A DNA stretch of 64,000 nt from an uncultured Planctomycetia bacterium (GTDB lineage Bacteria; Omnitrophota; Gorgyraeia; Duberdicusellales; 4484-171), in assembly GCA_964629655.1 (NCBI GenBank), contig CAZVQU010000002.1:460878-524877 (forward strand), read 5' to 3'. Positions 1-10,538 of the stretch are shown one piece after another. Numbering within the stretch: position 1 is the stretch's first letter; the number at the start of each line of letters is the position of its first letter. The position numbers and the translations under genes were made by a program. Under the pieces are notes generated by a model, which worked only from the letters and a program-made list of their open reading frames with translations, had not been told where the DNA came from and did no database searches.

Positions 1-281
1 TGATTCCTCAAGTAGAGTTTGGCATGAAAAGTTCCTTCAATCAAATCATCAATAACTACCTTTTCCAAGGCAACCTTTAAATTTCCTATAATTGCCAAGA
101 TCAAATCATGGGTTAAGGGTCTCTGGGGCTTGAGGCCGCCGAGCTTCATCTTTATAGCTGTAGCTTCTCCGATTCCGATAACAATAGGCAACAGCCGCGG
201 GCCTTGTTTTTCTTTGAGAACAATAACCTGTTCCTTTTTTTGTTCATCAATTATAATTCTTGAAAGTTCTACTTCTATCAT
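1..281 (-). CDS. Bifunctional-nuclease-domain (DUF151) protein, N-terminal part; the gene runs off the window start
   Basis: Open minus-strand frame from an ATG at 279-281 to position 1. The translation ([14 protein letters not shown]...[14 protein letters not shown]...) resembles the DUF151/BFN fold. The ATG overlaps the nrdR stop as ATGA. Confidence 0.45.
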   Translation of the reverse strand, partial: MIEVELSRIIIDEQKKEQVIVLKEKQGPRLLPIVIGIGEATAIKMKLGGLKPQRPLTHDLILAIIGNLKVALEKVVIDDLIEGTFHAKLYLRN

Positions 282-739
282 TTTACCCGTTTATTAAAAA
301 CATCTTTTAATTCGCGCATGAATTGATTGATATCCTTAAATTGCCTATAAACCGAAGCAAATCTCACATAAGCAACATCGTCTAATTTAGCTAACTTCTC
401 CATAACTACCTCTCCGACGTGGTGTGACTCTAGTTCTTGTTCGAATTTCTTCTGCAATTCTCCTTCAATCTCATTAGCTGTCCTTTCTAAAACTTCTACA
501 CTTATCGGCCTCTTCTCGCAAGCTTTTAACAAGCCGGTTAAGATTTTCTGGTGATTAAAGGGCTCTCTTCTTCCATCCTTCTTTACTACCATAAGAGGGG
601 TCTTCTCAACATACTCATAAGTAGTAAACCTTTTACCGCAATCAGCGCACTCTCTTCTTCTCCTGATAGCTGTTCCCTCGGATGTCTCCCGGGAATCAGT
701 AACTTTATTCTCATTACTATTACAAAAAAGACACCGCAT
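278..739 (-). CDS. nrdR: Transcriptional repressor NrdR (zinc ribbon plus ATP-cone)
   Basis: 153 aa. N-terminal C-x2-C...C-x2-C zinc ribbon ([18 protein letters not shown]) followed by an ATP-cone. Confidence 0.9.
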   Translation of the reverse strand: MRCLFCNSNENKVTDSRETSEGTAIRRRRECADCGKRFTTYEYVEKTPLMVVKKDGRREPFNHQKILTGLLKACEKRPISVEVLERTANEIEGELQKKFEQELESHHVGEVVMEKLAKLDDVAYVRFASVYRQFKDINQFMRELKDVFNKRVK

Positions 740-754
740 AACGCCCCTCTTCCT

Positions 755-1264
755 TTATCTTTTGCCCTTTACCTTTCTTAAAGTCACCCCTGCTTCTTTT
801 AAAAAATCAATTGCCATCTCATCGGGATACTCACTCTCAACAGCCACCTCTTTAATGCCAGCATTTATAATCATTTTAGCGCAAATGCTACAAGGAGTAC
901 TAGTTATATAAAGAGTACTCCCTTTGGTAAAGACACCGGAAGAAGCTGCCTGTAAGATAACGTTCTGCTCAGCATGAAGACCACGGCATATTTCGTGACG
1001 CTGGCCAGAAGGAATACCTAATTCCTCACGCAGGCATCCAGTACTCTCGCAATGAACAATATCTTTAGGCGCTCCATTATAACCGGTAGCTAAAATCTGC
1101 CTATCTCTAACCAATACCGCCCCCACTCTTCTGCGCAGGCAAGTTGAGCGCTCGCAAACTAAGAAAGCAACTCCCATAAAGTACTCATCCCAACTTGGTC
1201 TTATAATTTTTTTCACGGTCTTGGCTTTATTATTTTTCTGCTTAAGCGGCATATATTTTTTCAC
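755..1264 (-). CDS. dCMP deaminase (ComEB/CDA family, zinc-dependent)
   Basis: 169 aa with HAE...PCxxC cytidine/deoxycytidylate deaminase zinc motifs ([19 protein letters not shown]). Confidence 0.8.
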   Translation of the reverse strand: MKKYMPLKQKNNKAKTVKKIIRPSWDEYFMGVAFLVCERSTCLRRRVGAVLVRDRQILATGYNGAPKDIVHCESTGCLREELGIPSGQRHEICRGLHAEQNVILQAASSGVFTKGSTLYITSTPCSICAKMIINAGIKEVAVESEYPDEMAIDFLKEAGVTLRKVKGKR

Positions 1265-2499
1265 TCATAAAGTGGAAATTTCTTGGTGAATTCAAGTACT
1301 TCCTTTTTTATCTTCTTAAGCTGATTAAGATCGTGCCTATTGCTCAAACCCCTATCGACAAATTCAGCAATTTTCTCTGCATCAGCCTCCTTTACGCCTC
1401 GAGTGGTAACAGCCGGGGTTCCAATACGAATCCCACTGGCCACTGCTGGCGGCTTAGGATCATAGGGAATAAGATTTTTATTCACGGTAATGTTAACTTC
1501 TCCCAAGACTGCAGTTGCCTCCTTACCACTGATATCCTTTGATCTTAAATCTAGAAGAAAGAGATGGCTGTCGGTACCACCGCTAACGATACGATAACCT
1601 TTATTCTCAAGAGCTTTAGCGAAACATTTGGCATTTTTAACTACCTGCTTCTGGTACTGAGTAAACTCAGCCTTTAAAGCTAAACCAAAAGCCACAGCCT
1701 TAGCTGCAATAACATGCATTAGGGGCCCGCCCTGAACTCCCGGAAAGACTGCAGTATTAATCTTCTTGGCAAACTCTTGCTTAGTCAAAATAAAACCACC
1801 TCTTGGACCGCGTAAGGTCTTATGGGTAGTCGAGGTAACAAATTCGGCATACTCACAGGGATTAGGATATATTTTAGCAGCGACTAACCCGGCAAAATGG
1901 GCCATGTCTACTAAAAGATAAGCACCAACCTTATCGGCTATTTTTCTAAAACGTTTAAAATCGATTATTCGAGGATAGGCAGAACCTCCGGCAATAATCA
2001 TCTTTGGCTTATGTTTTAGAGCCAACTCTTCTATTTTGTCACAATCTATACACTCAGTATCTTTATCAACCCCATAAGCAATTATATTATAAAACTTACC
2101 ACTAAAATTTAAAGGATGGCCATGAGAAAGATGCCCTCCACAGGCTAAATCCATAGCTAAAATTGTATCTTGGGGCTCTAAAGCCGCGATCATTACTGCC
2201 ATATTGGCCTGAGTTCCTGAGTGGGGTTGAACATTAGCATATTCAGCACCGAATAATTGCTTAACCCGATCCCTAGCTAAATCTTCGGCTTGATCTACGA
2301 ACTCACACCCTCCGTACCAACGAGCCTTAGGATATCCTTCGGCATACTTATTGGTCAAGACAGTACCCTGGGCTTCTAATACAGCTTGAGGAGCAAAATT
2401 CTCACTAGCAATCAACTCTAAGTGCTCTCTCTGGCGCTTGAGTTCCTGGATCATACTATTATAGACTTGGGTATCCTGATGTTTTAATTCTTCAAACAA
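1261..2499 (-). CDS. glyA: Serine hydroxymethyltransferase
   Basis: 412 aa, full-length SHMT signature (…TNKYAEGYP…HLSHGHP…[12 protein letters not shown]…). Confidence 0.95.
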   Translation of the reverse strand: MFEELKHQDTQVYNSMIQELKRQREHLELIASENFAPQAVLEAQGTVLTNKYAEGYPKARWYGGCEFVDQAEDLARDRVKQLFGAEYANVQPHSGTQANMAVMIAALEPQDTILAMDLACGGHLSHGHPLNFSGKFYNIIAYGVDKDTECIDCDKIEELALKHKPKMIIAGGSAYPRIIDFKRFRKIADKVGAYLLVDMAHFAGLVAAKIYPNPCEYAEFVTSTTHKTLRGPRGGFILTKQEFAKKINTAVFPGVQGGPLMHVIAAKAVAFGLALKAEFTQYQKQVVKNAKCFAKALENKGYRIVSGGTDSHLFLLDLRSKDISGKEATAVLGEVNITVNKNLIPYDPKPPAVASGIRIGTPAVTTRGVKEADAEKIAEFVDRGLSNRHDLNQLKKIKKEVLEFTKKFPLYE

Positions 2500-2974
2500 A
2501 TTCCGCCTCCTCTATTTCCCTTATCTTCTTTAGCCTCCGGGCGTGCCTTCCTCCTTCAAACTCTTCCTTAAGCCAACGCGAGATTATCTTTTTAGTGTAA
2601 TCAACCTTAAAAAGAGAAGAAGGCAAGACTAAAACATTGCTATTGTTATGCCTACGGGACATACAAGCGCTGTTTAAATTATAAACTAAGGCTGCCCTTA
2701 CTCCTTTTACCTTATTGGCAGCAATGCAGCTACCTATTCCGGTATAGCAGATAATAATCGCCCTATCAACCTTTTTGTTTCTTACAGCTTCGCTAGCCGC
2801 ATAGGCATAGTCAGGATAATCGCAAGGATCTTTGGAATAAGTCCCAAAATCAATAAGGTCATACCCTCCCTCTGTTGTAAGATATTTTATCAGAGTATTC
2901 TTTAATTTAAACCCTCGATGATCAGAAGCAATACCTATCTTCACTTCTCTCCTCCTTTTACCCTCTAAAGCCAA
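2492..2974 (-). CDS. rpiB: Ribose-5-phosphate isomerase B
   Basis: 160 aa RpiB/LacAB family ([13 protein letters not shown]…). Sits between the tsaC-PTP fusion and glyA, as in the B. subtilis ywlC-ywlE-ywlF-glyA neighbourhood. Confidence 0.85.
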   Translation of the reverse strand: MALEGKRRREVKIGIASDHRGFKLKNTLIKYLTTEGGYDLIDFGTYSKDPCDYPDYAYAASEAVRNKKVDRAIIICYTGIGSCIAANKVKGVRAALVYNLNSACMSRRHNNSNVLVLPSSLFKVDYTKKIISRWLKEEFEGGRHARRLKKIREIEEAEFV

Positions 2975-4029
2975 TCCTTTAACTCTAAAATAGCCTCTTT
3001 TATAAGCGAATATACCTCTCGGTATGCTGCCAAATTTCCACCTATAGGATCAGGAATATCTTGCTCAGCTTCCTGGGGAAGAAACTTCTTTAAATTAAAT
3101 ACTTTTCCTTCAGCCTTAGGTTCAACTTCTAAAATATACTTAACTTGAGTATCTTCCATGCAAAAGATTAAATCCGAAGAAAGAATGGTAGGCCTATCTA
3201 ACCTTTGAGCATAAAATTCACTGGCATCTAAGCCCTCTTCCTCTTTTAAAATACTTACTACCGAAGAAGATGCTTTCAATCCTTCGGGAGCAGATACCCC
3301 CCGAGATACTACCTCATACCTTTCATCAAAATAAGGCCTTACTCCTTTTAAGTATTTATAAAGAAGAAACTGAGCCATAGGAGAACGACAACTATTACCG
3401 GCACAAACGAAAAGGATTCTTTTTCTGATGAATGCCCTAATTATATCTTGTTCGGGGACTACCCCTTCTCTTAAAACTTTAAAAGGCCTGCTGGTTAAAT
3501 CTACTACTGTTGACGATTGAGAATAGACACACTTACCGCCATCAACAATCAAATCTAACTGGCTATCAAAAGCATCCTCTACCTCCACAGCTGACATCGC
3601 TTCCTTTTGCCCGCTTATATTTGCTGAAGGAAGATAAACAGCATCGTCAAGCTCATTTAAAATTTCGTTGGTAATGGCGTTGGCCGGAATCCGTATGCCG
3701 ATTTTTTCGTCCCTAGGAGTGTAGTAAATGATTGTAAGCGGCCCGGGCCAAAACTTCTCTATGAGCCGATATCCAAAAGGCGGTAAGGTGTCAAAGTAAT
3801 CCTCTACTGCCTTGTCAATATTACCTAAAGCAAAAGCCAACGGCTTCTCATGAGATCTCTTTTTTAATACATAAAGTTTCTTAACCGCGCTTTTTTTCCC
3901 GGCACAAACACCCAAGCCATAGACAGTCTCGGTAGGTAGAGCAACTATGCCTCCCTTGCGAATAATTTCTACTGCTTGTTTAACTAAAGAGTGGTCGATA
4001 TCTTTAGGGTCGATAAAAATTTTCTTCAT
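2965..4029 (-). CDS. tsaC: Fusion protein: L-threonylcarbamoyladenylate synthase (TsaC/YrdC/Sua5 domain) with a C-terminal low-molecular-weight protein phosphatase (YwlE-like)
   Basis: N-terminal YrdC fold (…LPTETVYGLG…). The C-terminal ~150 aa carry the LMW-PTP P-loop (ILFVCAGNSCRSPMAQ) and the DPIGG acid loop. Confidence 0.8.
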   Translation of the reverse strand: MKKIFIDPKDIDHSLVKQAVEIIRKGGIVALPTETVYGLGVCAGKKSAVKKLYVLKKRSHEKPLAFALGNIDKAVEDYFDTLPPFGYRLIEKFWPGPLTIIYYTPRDEKIGIRIPANAITNEILNELDDAVYLPSANISGQKEAMSAVEVEDAFDSQLDLIVDGGKCVYSQSSTVVDLTSRPFKVLREGVVPEQDIIRAFIRKRILFVCAGNSCRSPMAQFLLYKYLKGVRPYFDERYEVVSRGVSAPEGLKASSSVVSILKEEEGLDASEFYAQRLDRPTILSSDLIFCMEDTQVKYILEVEPKAEGKVFNLKKFLPQEAEQDIPDPIGGNLAAYREVYSLIKEAILELKDWL

Positions 4030-4505
4030 TACTTGAATTTCTTCTTCAAGGCTTCTAGCTTAGGAGTATACTCCTTATCCTTAAGTGAAAGGATTTCTAA
4101 GGTAAGGATTATGGCGTTGATAAAGGCACTTTTGCCTACGCCAGTTGAAGCTATCCCCAATCCTTTAGGTACGCTGACCATAGAAAATAAGGCGTCTACT
4201 CCGCCAAGAAGCCCTCCTTCTAAGGCTACCCCAAGAACAGGAATATTAACATAAGAAGCAATAAACCCTGGCAGAGCTGCAGCCATTCCAGCACAGCCAA
4301 TAGCCACCTCAATACCCTGACCTTCCATCTCCTGACAAACTTTCCTTAATTTCTCAGGGTTTCTGTGGGCAGAGATAACCTCTAACCTGTGAGCAATGTC
4401 TAGCTCCTTAAGAATATCCATCCCTTGTTTTAGCTTTTCAAGATCGCTCTTGCTTCCCAGAATAATAGCAATTTTTTCTTTCATTTTACCCCCTTTTTTT
4501 GACAA
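4029..4505 (-). CDS. purE: N5-carboxyaminoimidazole ribonucleotide mutase (PurE)
   Basis: 158 aa PurE (IAIILGSKSDLEKLKQGMDILKELDIAHRLEVISAHRNPEKL). SD AAGGGGG lies 6 nt upstream of the ATG. Confidence 0.9.
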   Translation of the reverse strand: MSKKGGKMKEKIAIILGSKSDLEKLKQGMDILKELDIAHRLEVISAHRNPEKLRKVCQEMEGQGIEVAIGCAGMAAALPGFIASYVNIPVLGVALEGGLLGGVDALFSMVSVPKGLGIASTGVGKSAFINAIILTLEILSLKDKEYTPKLEALKKKFK

Positions 4506-4582
4506 TATTCATTTTATCTCTTAAATCAAAAAATTCAATCTTTTATTGTAATATCGCATTTTAAGGCTAGTTTTAAAGGGGA

Positions 4583-5866
4583 TTAACGACTCAGAGCTTT
4601 ACTACCAATATCTCGACGAAAATGCATCTTCTCAAAGCTAATATTTTCTATAGCTTTGTAGGCTTTATCTTGAGCTTCTCTTATGTCTTCACCGAGAGTA
4701 GCAACACCTAAAACCCGGCCTCCATTAGTCGCAAAGGCAGAACCAAAAGGACTATTCAAGAGCTTAGTCCCGGCATGAAAAACAAAAACATCGTCTGAGG
4801 TTTCTGGAGTCTCTAATCCCTTGATCTCCTTTCCCTTTTCGTAAGTTGCTGGATAGCCTCCGGAAGCCAAGACTACACAGAGACAAACCCTCTTATCCCA
4901 GACTAACTCTACCTCACTAAGCTCACCCTCCACGCTCCTTAAAAGAAGATCGGCTAGATCACTCTTAAGCTTTGGTAAGATAACCTGAGTCTCAGGATCA
5001 CCAAACCTAACGTTAAACTCTAAAACAAAAGGAGTATTATCTTTTATCATCAAGCCTATGTAAAGTATCCCTTTGTAGGGTTTGCCTTCTTTTTTGAAAC
5101 CTTCAATGAGAGGCAGGGCGATTTGATTTTTTATTCGAGCTAAAAATTCTTCATTTACCACCGGAGCCGGGGCATAAGCGCCCATGCCTCCGGTATTAGG
5201 ACCTTTATCATTATCGTAAGCCGGCTTATGATCCTGGGAAGAAACTAAAGGGATCACTGTCTCTCCATCGGTAATAAGTAAAATTGAAGCTTCTTCACCT
5301 TCGAGGCAATCTTCAATTATTATTTTCTCACCAGCCTTACCAAACTTCCTCTCAACCATCATCATATCAACGGTCCCTTCGGCCTCACTCATATCTTTAG
5401 CTATAACAACCCCTTTACCAGCAGCTAATCCGTCAGCTTTTATGACCAGTGGAAATTCTTTTTGCCTTAAATACTCCTTTGCTGTAGAAGCCTGATCAAA
5501 AATCTTAAAATCAGCTGTAGGAATGTTATATTTTCTCATTATCTCTTTAGCAAAAACCTTACTGCCTTCAAGAAGCGCTAACTCCTTGCTGGGACCAAAG
5601 GCCTTTAAACCTTTGGCTTCAAAGGCGTCTACGATTCCTCCAACTAACGGGGCTTCGGGACCAACAATAGTTAAGTCGATTTTCTTCTCCACTGCAAACT
5701 TTAGGAGCTGGTCAATATCGGTATCTGGTATATTTACATTCTCAGCAACTAAAGAAGTACCGCCGTTGCCGGGAGCGCAATAGAGTTTATCGACTAATGG
5801 AGACTGGGATATTTTCCAACTCAAGCAGTGTTCTCTGCCGCCGGAACCAACAACAAGTATTTTCAT
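4583..5866 (-). CDS. purD: Phosphoribosylamine-glycine ligase (GAR synthetase)
   Basis: 427 aa ATP-grasp PurD (MKILVVGSGGREH…). Confidence 0.9.
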   Translation of the reverse strand: MKILVVGSGGREHCLSWKISQSPLVDKLYCAPGNGGTSLVAENVNIPDTDIDQLLKFAVEKKIDLTIVGPEAPLVGGIVDAFEAKGLKAFGPSKELALLEGSKVFAKEIMRKYNIPTADFKIFDQASTAKEYLRQKEFPLVIKADGLAAGKGVVIAKDMSEAEGTVDMMMVERKFGKAGEKIIIEDCLEGEEASILLITDGETVIPLVSSQDHKPAYDNDKGPNTGGMGAYAPAPVVNEEFLARIKNQIALPLIEGFKKEGKPYKGILYIGLMIKDNTPFVLEFNVRFGDPETQVILPKLKSDLADLLLRSVEGELSEVELVWDKRVCLCVVLASGGYPATYEKGKEIKGLETPETSDDVFVFHAGTKLLNSPFGSAFATNGGRVLGVATLGEDIREAQDKAYKAIENISFEKMHFRRDIGSKALSR

Positions 5867-6864
5867 ACCAAGTTCATTTTTTTGTTTGACTTAACAATTT
5901 TACCAATAAGGCGAGTTTTGCAGCTTTTATTTAAGGCGGTTAAAATCTTCCGTGAAAATTTTTTATCTACAACCAAGATCAGGCCTATTCCCATGTTAAA
6001 TACCGTATACATCTCCTTATCGCAGATTCCGCCTTTGTCTTTAATGGTTCTAAAAATCGGAGGAACTCTCCAGCTCTTCTTGTTGATTACCATACCTAAG
6101 TCTTTAGGCAGAATCTTTGTAGCCTTACTGTAGAATGCTCCACCGGTAATGTGAGCGATTCCCTTAATAGCTGAAGACTTATCTTTGGAAGAAACTAAAG
6201 AAAGTACTTCTTTTACGTAAATTCGTGTAGGCGCAAGCAGCTGTTTTGCATATTTCCTAAGTTGATTTGGACCCAATACTTTCCTTACTAAAGAAAACCC
6301 GTTAGAGTGTAAGCCTGAAGACTCTAAACCGATTATTAAATCGCCTGGCTTTATCTTAGCTCCGGTAATCGCCTTATTCTTGTCTACTATTCCTACACAA
6401 AACCCAGCTAAATCATACTCATCTCTTTGGTACATACCGGGCATCTCAGCAGTTTCACCGCCCAAGAGCAAACAACCTGATTGTTTTAAGCCCTGGCTAA
6501 TTCCTCCGGCTACTTTCAGCAAAGTTTTAGGGTTTAGCTTTCCGCAGGCAATATAGTCTAAGAAAAAAAGTGGTCTAGCCCCAATACAAATAATGTCATT
6601 AACATTCATCGCTACTAAATCTATGCCTACCCCTCTATGAATATTAAATTGTTGGGCAATTTTTAGCTTTGTTCCTACCCCATCGGTTGAAGAGACTAAA
6701 ATAGGTTCTTTATAGTTCCTTAGCAGAGGTTTAAGATTAAACAGAGAGCCGAAAGCAGAAGTTTTATTGATCTTACTTTGCGAAAAGATGTTCTTGATTC
6801 CCTTAACGAATTGATCAGCTTTTTTTATATCTACGCCGGATTTTTTATAGGTTATTTTACTCAT
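5863..6864 (-). CDS. purM: Phosphoribosylformylglycinamidine cyclo-ligase (AIR synthetase)
   Basis: 333 aa PurM fold (…GVDIDLVAMNVNDI…). Confidence 0.9.
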   Translation of the reverse strand: MSKITYKKSGVDIKKADQFVKGIKNIFSQSKINKTSAFGSLFNLKPLLRNYKEPILVSSTDGVGTKLKIAQQFNIHRGVGIDLVAMNVNDIICIGARPLFFLDYIACGKLNPKTLLKVAGGISQGLKQSGCLLLGGETAEMPGMYQRDEYDLAGFCVGIVDKNKAITGAKIKPGDLIIGLESSGLHSNGFSLVRKVLGPNQLRKYAKQLLAPTRIYVKEVLSLVSSKDKSSAIKGIAHITGGAFYSKATKILPKDLGMVINKKSWRVPPIFRTIKDKGGICDKEMYTVFNMGIGLILVVDKKFSRKILTALNKSCKTRLIGKIVKSNKKMNLV

Positions 6865-6874
6865 TAGTCTTAAT

Positions 6875-7645
6875 TCACTTAAAATAATCTACTGCATTCT
6901 TAAAAAATCTCTTACCAAACGGTATGGCTTCCTTTTCTTTCCAGAACGGCGAATGATGCTTAAACATACCTCGCTCAGGATGCGGCATTAATCCTAAGAT
7001 GCGGCCTGAAGCATCGGTGATTCCGGCAATATCATTTACCGACCCGTTAGGATTGAAAGGATATCCAGCTGAATTTAGCGAGCTGTCAACATACCGCAAA
7101 ACCACCTTGGCTTCAGTCTCTATTCTATCTAAAATACTACTTTCTGCATAGAATTTTCCTTCTCCATGAGCTACCGGCAAGTTGATTAACTCCGGTAAAC
7201 CTTTTAGCCAGACACTTTTCTGCTCTACTTTTAAATAAACCCACCTATCTTCAAAACGGCCGGAATCATTAGCGGTTAAGGTAACTTTTTGTTGGAAATC
7301 CAGATCCGGCAATATCCCGGTCTTAACTAATACCTGGAAACCATTACATATACCGAGAATTAAACCACCTTTATCAATAAAGGCTCTTAGCTGATCCTTC
7401 AGCCAACAAAGAAACTCTAAAGAGAATATCTTTCCGGCTCCTAGATCATCGCCATAACTAAAGCCTCCCGGAATGCAGATTATCTGATACTTAGAAAGCT
7501 GGTTCTTCTCCTTTACATAATTTATATGTTGCAAATCTGTCTTTGCTCCGGCTGAGGTAAAAGCAAACTCGGTCTCTTTATCGCAATTAATACCTGCAGT
7601 TCTGATTATTAAGGCTTTTGGCTTCATTTCAACGGAATTTAGCAA
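6875..7645 (-). CDS. purQ: FGAM synthase glutamine amidotransferase subunit (PurQ)
   Basis: 256 aa class-I GATase (GICNGFQ…HPER) directly downstream of purL. Confidence 0.85.
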   Translation of the reverse strand: MLNSVEMKPKALIIRTAGINCDKETEFAFTSAGAKTDLQHINYVKEKNQLSKYQIICIPGGFSYGDDLGAGKIFSLEFLCWLKDQLRAFIDKGGLILGICNGFQVLVKTGILPDLDFQQKVTLTANDSGRFEDRWVYLKVEQKSVWLKGLPELINLPVAHGEGKFYAESSILDRIETEAKVVLRYVDSSLNSAGYPFNPNGSVNDIAGITDASGRILGLMPHPERGMFKHHSPFWKEKEAIPFGKRFFKNAVDYFK

Positions 7646-10517
7646 AAGTACTCTTCCAAGACTCTCTTAAACTCTCTATATCTAAATTAGCTATTGCTTT
7701 AGACTCTTTATTGTATACAATTAATCTTTGATCGGCAGATACGCAACCGATAAGGCCAAACTTAACCCCAGCCATCTCATTCTCAAAAGCATTCTTCTTG
7801 TTCTTAGCAACCTCAACCAAAAACCTTGAAGGTGATTCCGAGAATAAAATCTCATAATCAAGCATATTGGCCTCTTGAGGAATTTGGTCCAAGAATATGC
7901 TTGCTCCCTTGCCTGATCCAATACACATCTCAGAGATACTAACTGATAAACCACCCTCTGATAAATCATGGCAAGAAGTAACTAAACCCTTTTCTATTGT
8001 CTCACTAAGCTTTCGAAAAGTCGTAAGGCTCTGAGTCTTATCCACCTTAGGCACTAAGCCTTGATCTAATTTTAGGCTTCTGAAATACTCTGAACCGCCA
8101 AGCTCAGGCTTTGTTGTTCCGGTTATATATATAAGACTACCGGCATTTTTAAAACTACTGGTTATAACCTTCTCCCAATCGGAAATTACAGATACTGCTG
8201 AGATAAGCAGAGTGCCGGGAATAGATATATGCTTATCCTCAACCATATATTCATTATAAAGGCTGTCTTTTCCCGAGATAAAAGGAACACCAAAATAGGT
8301 AGAGAAATCATAGCAAGCCTTTGATGCTCTTACTAACGACCCTAAAAGGAGTTCATCCTGTGGTGAGCCCCAACTAAAATTATCAAGAATAAAAGTCTTA
8401 TCCAGCTTTGCGCCAGCCGCAATTACATTCCTTAAGGCTTCATCTATGGCTAAAGCCGCCATCCAGTAGGGATCAAGGTCAGAGTAAAAAGGATTTATTC
8501 CCAAACCAACAGCTACGCACTTATTACTTTCAAAATCAGGCCGCAAAATTGCTGCATCATTTACTGCCTCATTCTCTATGCCGTAAATAGATTTACTTAC
8601 TGAACCAGCCTGGACCTCATGGTCATACTCGCGCAGAACCCAGTCCTTACAAGCAACATTAGCAGCAGAGAGCATAGCTTTAAAATCCTCGTTATAATTA
8701 CCCTTTTCTTTTAATTTATGAGGCAACTCTCCCTTTTCTATCCAGACTCCCTTTTTCTCGATTCGCGGTAAGTTAAATATGAAATCCATATCCAGTTCAC
8801 TGACTTTATTACCTTGATAGCAAAGTACTAACTTTTTATTATCAGTAACTTTACCGACCACGCTAAGCTCTACATCCTCTTCGTTAAATATTTGCTTTAA
8901 TTTTTCTAGATTACTCTCTGAGGTGAAAAAAACCATTCTCTCTTGCGATTCAGATATCCAGATTTCAGTATAGCTTAGGCCCCGATACTTTAAAGGGACC
9001 TTTTCTAAGTCCACTTCAACACCACACTCTTCAGCTAACTCAGTTATAGCGCTGGAGATTCCTCCGGCACCGCAATCAGTTATCGCATTAAATAAATCTT
9101 TATCACGGGCTCGTAAAATTGCTTCGGTTAGTTTCTTCTCCTCAATAGGATTCCCAACTTGGACAGCACTAGTTAAGTTAACTGTATGCTCGTCGAGCTC
9201 TTTGGAAGAAAATGTTGCTCCGTGAATACCATCACGGCCAGTTCTTGCCCCACAAAGAATAACCAAATCTCCCGGCTTAGGATGCTTAAAGGACTTTTCC
9301 TTAGGCAGGATACCTAAAGTTCCGCAATAAACTAAAGGGTTGCCCAAAAACCTCTGATCAAAAAGAACCGCTCCGGCTACAGTAGGAATCCCCATCCGGT
9401 TACCATAGTCTCTTACTCCTTTTATAACGCCCTTTATTATTCGTTTGGGATGAAGCAAGCCTTTAGGCAAATTATCATGAGCTATATCCCAGGGTGAGAA
9501 ACAAAATACATCAATAGATCCAAAAGGCTTAGCCCCGCAGCCGGTACCTAGGATATCCCTGATAACTCCACCGATACCGGTTGATGCTCCGCCATAAGGT
9601 TCAAGGCTTGAGGGATGATTATGAGTCTCTACTTTAAAACAAATATTATACTTATCGTCAAACTCTACTACTCCTGAGTTATCAGCAAATACTGATACAC
9701 AGCCAGGAGAATTTATCTCTTTGGTAGCTTTGAATACAGTTGATTTAAGAAGATTATCGATCGTCTCCTTCTTAATCAAATTATTATTTTGGTCTCTCTC
9801 TTCATATTCGATAACTCCCCGAAAAGTTTTATGAGCACAGTGCTCTGACCAAAGGGTAGCTATAGTTTCTAACTCGCAATCAGTAGGGTTTCTACCCAAG
9901 TTTTCAAAATAATTCTGAATTATCTTCATCTCATCAAGGCTTAAGGACAAACACCCCTTATTCGATATTTCGATAAGATTATTATCATTTGCGTTAAGAA
10001 TGTCTACCTTTACTAATTCAAACTTATAATCTTTTCCAGCAAACTCATCAAGAGTATCAATATCTTTAGCCGTTTGGTAGTCCAATATATGTTCAATCAA
10101 GGGGTTAAAGAGTATTTTCGGCGCTAAGTAGTCTATTCTCTCCTGGCTTAGACCTTGGAACTCATAGAATTTAGCTATTCTTGCTTTTTTGACGCTTAGG
10201 GAGAGATCCCTTATGGCCTTCTCTAAAGACAGAGCTACTGAATCACAGACACCGGGATTGTAAGTTATTAATATTTGATTAGGGGTCGGGGGTTTTTCGA
10301 ATATCCCTTTAGTTAAAGAATATTCTTCTATTACCGGATCGATTAATAGTTCACTGGCAATTCTTTCTATATCTTGGAGTTTAAGGTCGGCGTCTATAAG
10401 ATAAACCTTCTTGGAATAGACCTGAGTTGACTCCTCTATGCCCAAATCTCTTATCTGCGAAGAAATTTTCGGACAAAATTCTTTCTTCTTAGAAAATACG
10501 TCTATTCTCCAAATCAT
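7629..10517 (-). CDS. purL: FGAM synthase, synthetase subunit, with an N-terminal PurS-like domain fused (PurS–PurL)
   Basis: 962 aa. The N-terminal ~80 aa look PurS-like, followed by the AIRS/AIRS-C FGAM synthetase core. No glutaminase domain is present; a separate purQ follows. Confidence 0.85.
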   Translation of the reverse strand: MIWRIDVFSKKKEFCPKISSQIRDLGIEESTQVYSKKVYLIDADLKLQDIERIASELLIDPVIEEYSLTKGIFEKPPTPNQILITYNPGVCDSVALSLEKAIRDLSLSVKKARIAKFYEFQGLSQERIDYLAPKILFNPLIEHILDYQTAKDIDTLDEFAGKDYKFELVKVDILNANDNNLIEISNKGCLSLSLDEMKIIQNYFENLGRNPTDCELETIATLWSEHCAHKTFRGVIEYEERDQNNNLIKKETIDNLLKSTVFKATKEINSPGCVSVFADNSGVVEFDDKYNICFKVETHNHPSSLEPYGGASTGIGGVIRDILGTGCGAKPFGSIDVFCFSPWDIAHDNLPKGLLHPKRIIKGVIKGVRDYGNRMGIPTVAGAVLFDQRFLGNPLVYCGTLGILPKEKSFKHPKPGDLVILCGARTGRDGIHGATFSSKELDEHTVNLTSAVQVGNPIEEKKLTEAILRARDKDLFNAITDCGAGGISSAITELAEECGVEVDLEKVPLKYRGLSYTEIWISESQERMVFFTSESNLEKLKQIFNEEDVELSVVGKVTDNKKLVLCYQGNKVSELDMDFIFNLPRIEKKGVWIEKGELPHKLKEKGNYNEDFKAMLSAANVACKDWVLREYDHEVQAGSVSKSIYGIENEAVNDAAILRPDFESNKCVAVGLGINPFYSDLDPYWMAALAIDEALRNVIAAGAKLDKTFILDNFSWGSPQDELLLGSLVRASKACYDFSTYFGVPFISGKDSLYNEYMVEDKHISIPGTLLISAVSVISDWEKVITSSFKNAGSLIYITGTTKPELGGSEYFRSLKLDQGLVPKVDKTQSLTTFRKLSETIEKGLVTSCHDLSEGGLSVSISEMCIGSGKGASIFLDQIPQEANMLDYEILFSESPSRFLVEVAKNKKNAFENEMAGVKFGLIGCVSADQRLIVYNKESKAIANLDIESLRESWKSTFAKFR

Positions 10518-10538
10518 CTTATAAAAAAAGGAAGGGAA

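Noticed and set aside
7721-7969. 82-aa minus-strand ORF inside purL in another frame; similar cases at 62870-63070 (inside argC) and 551-781 (+, inside nrdR)
   Set aside because: Fully embedded alternative-frame ORFs within well-supported genes. No independent signals.
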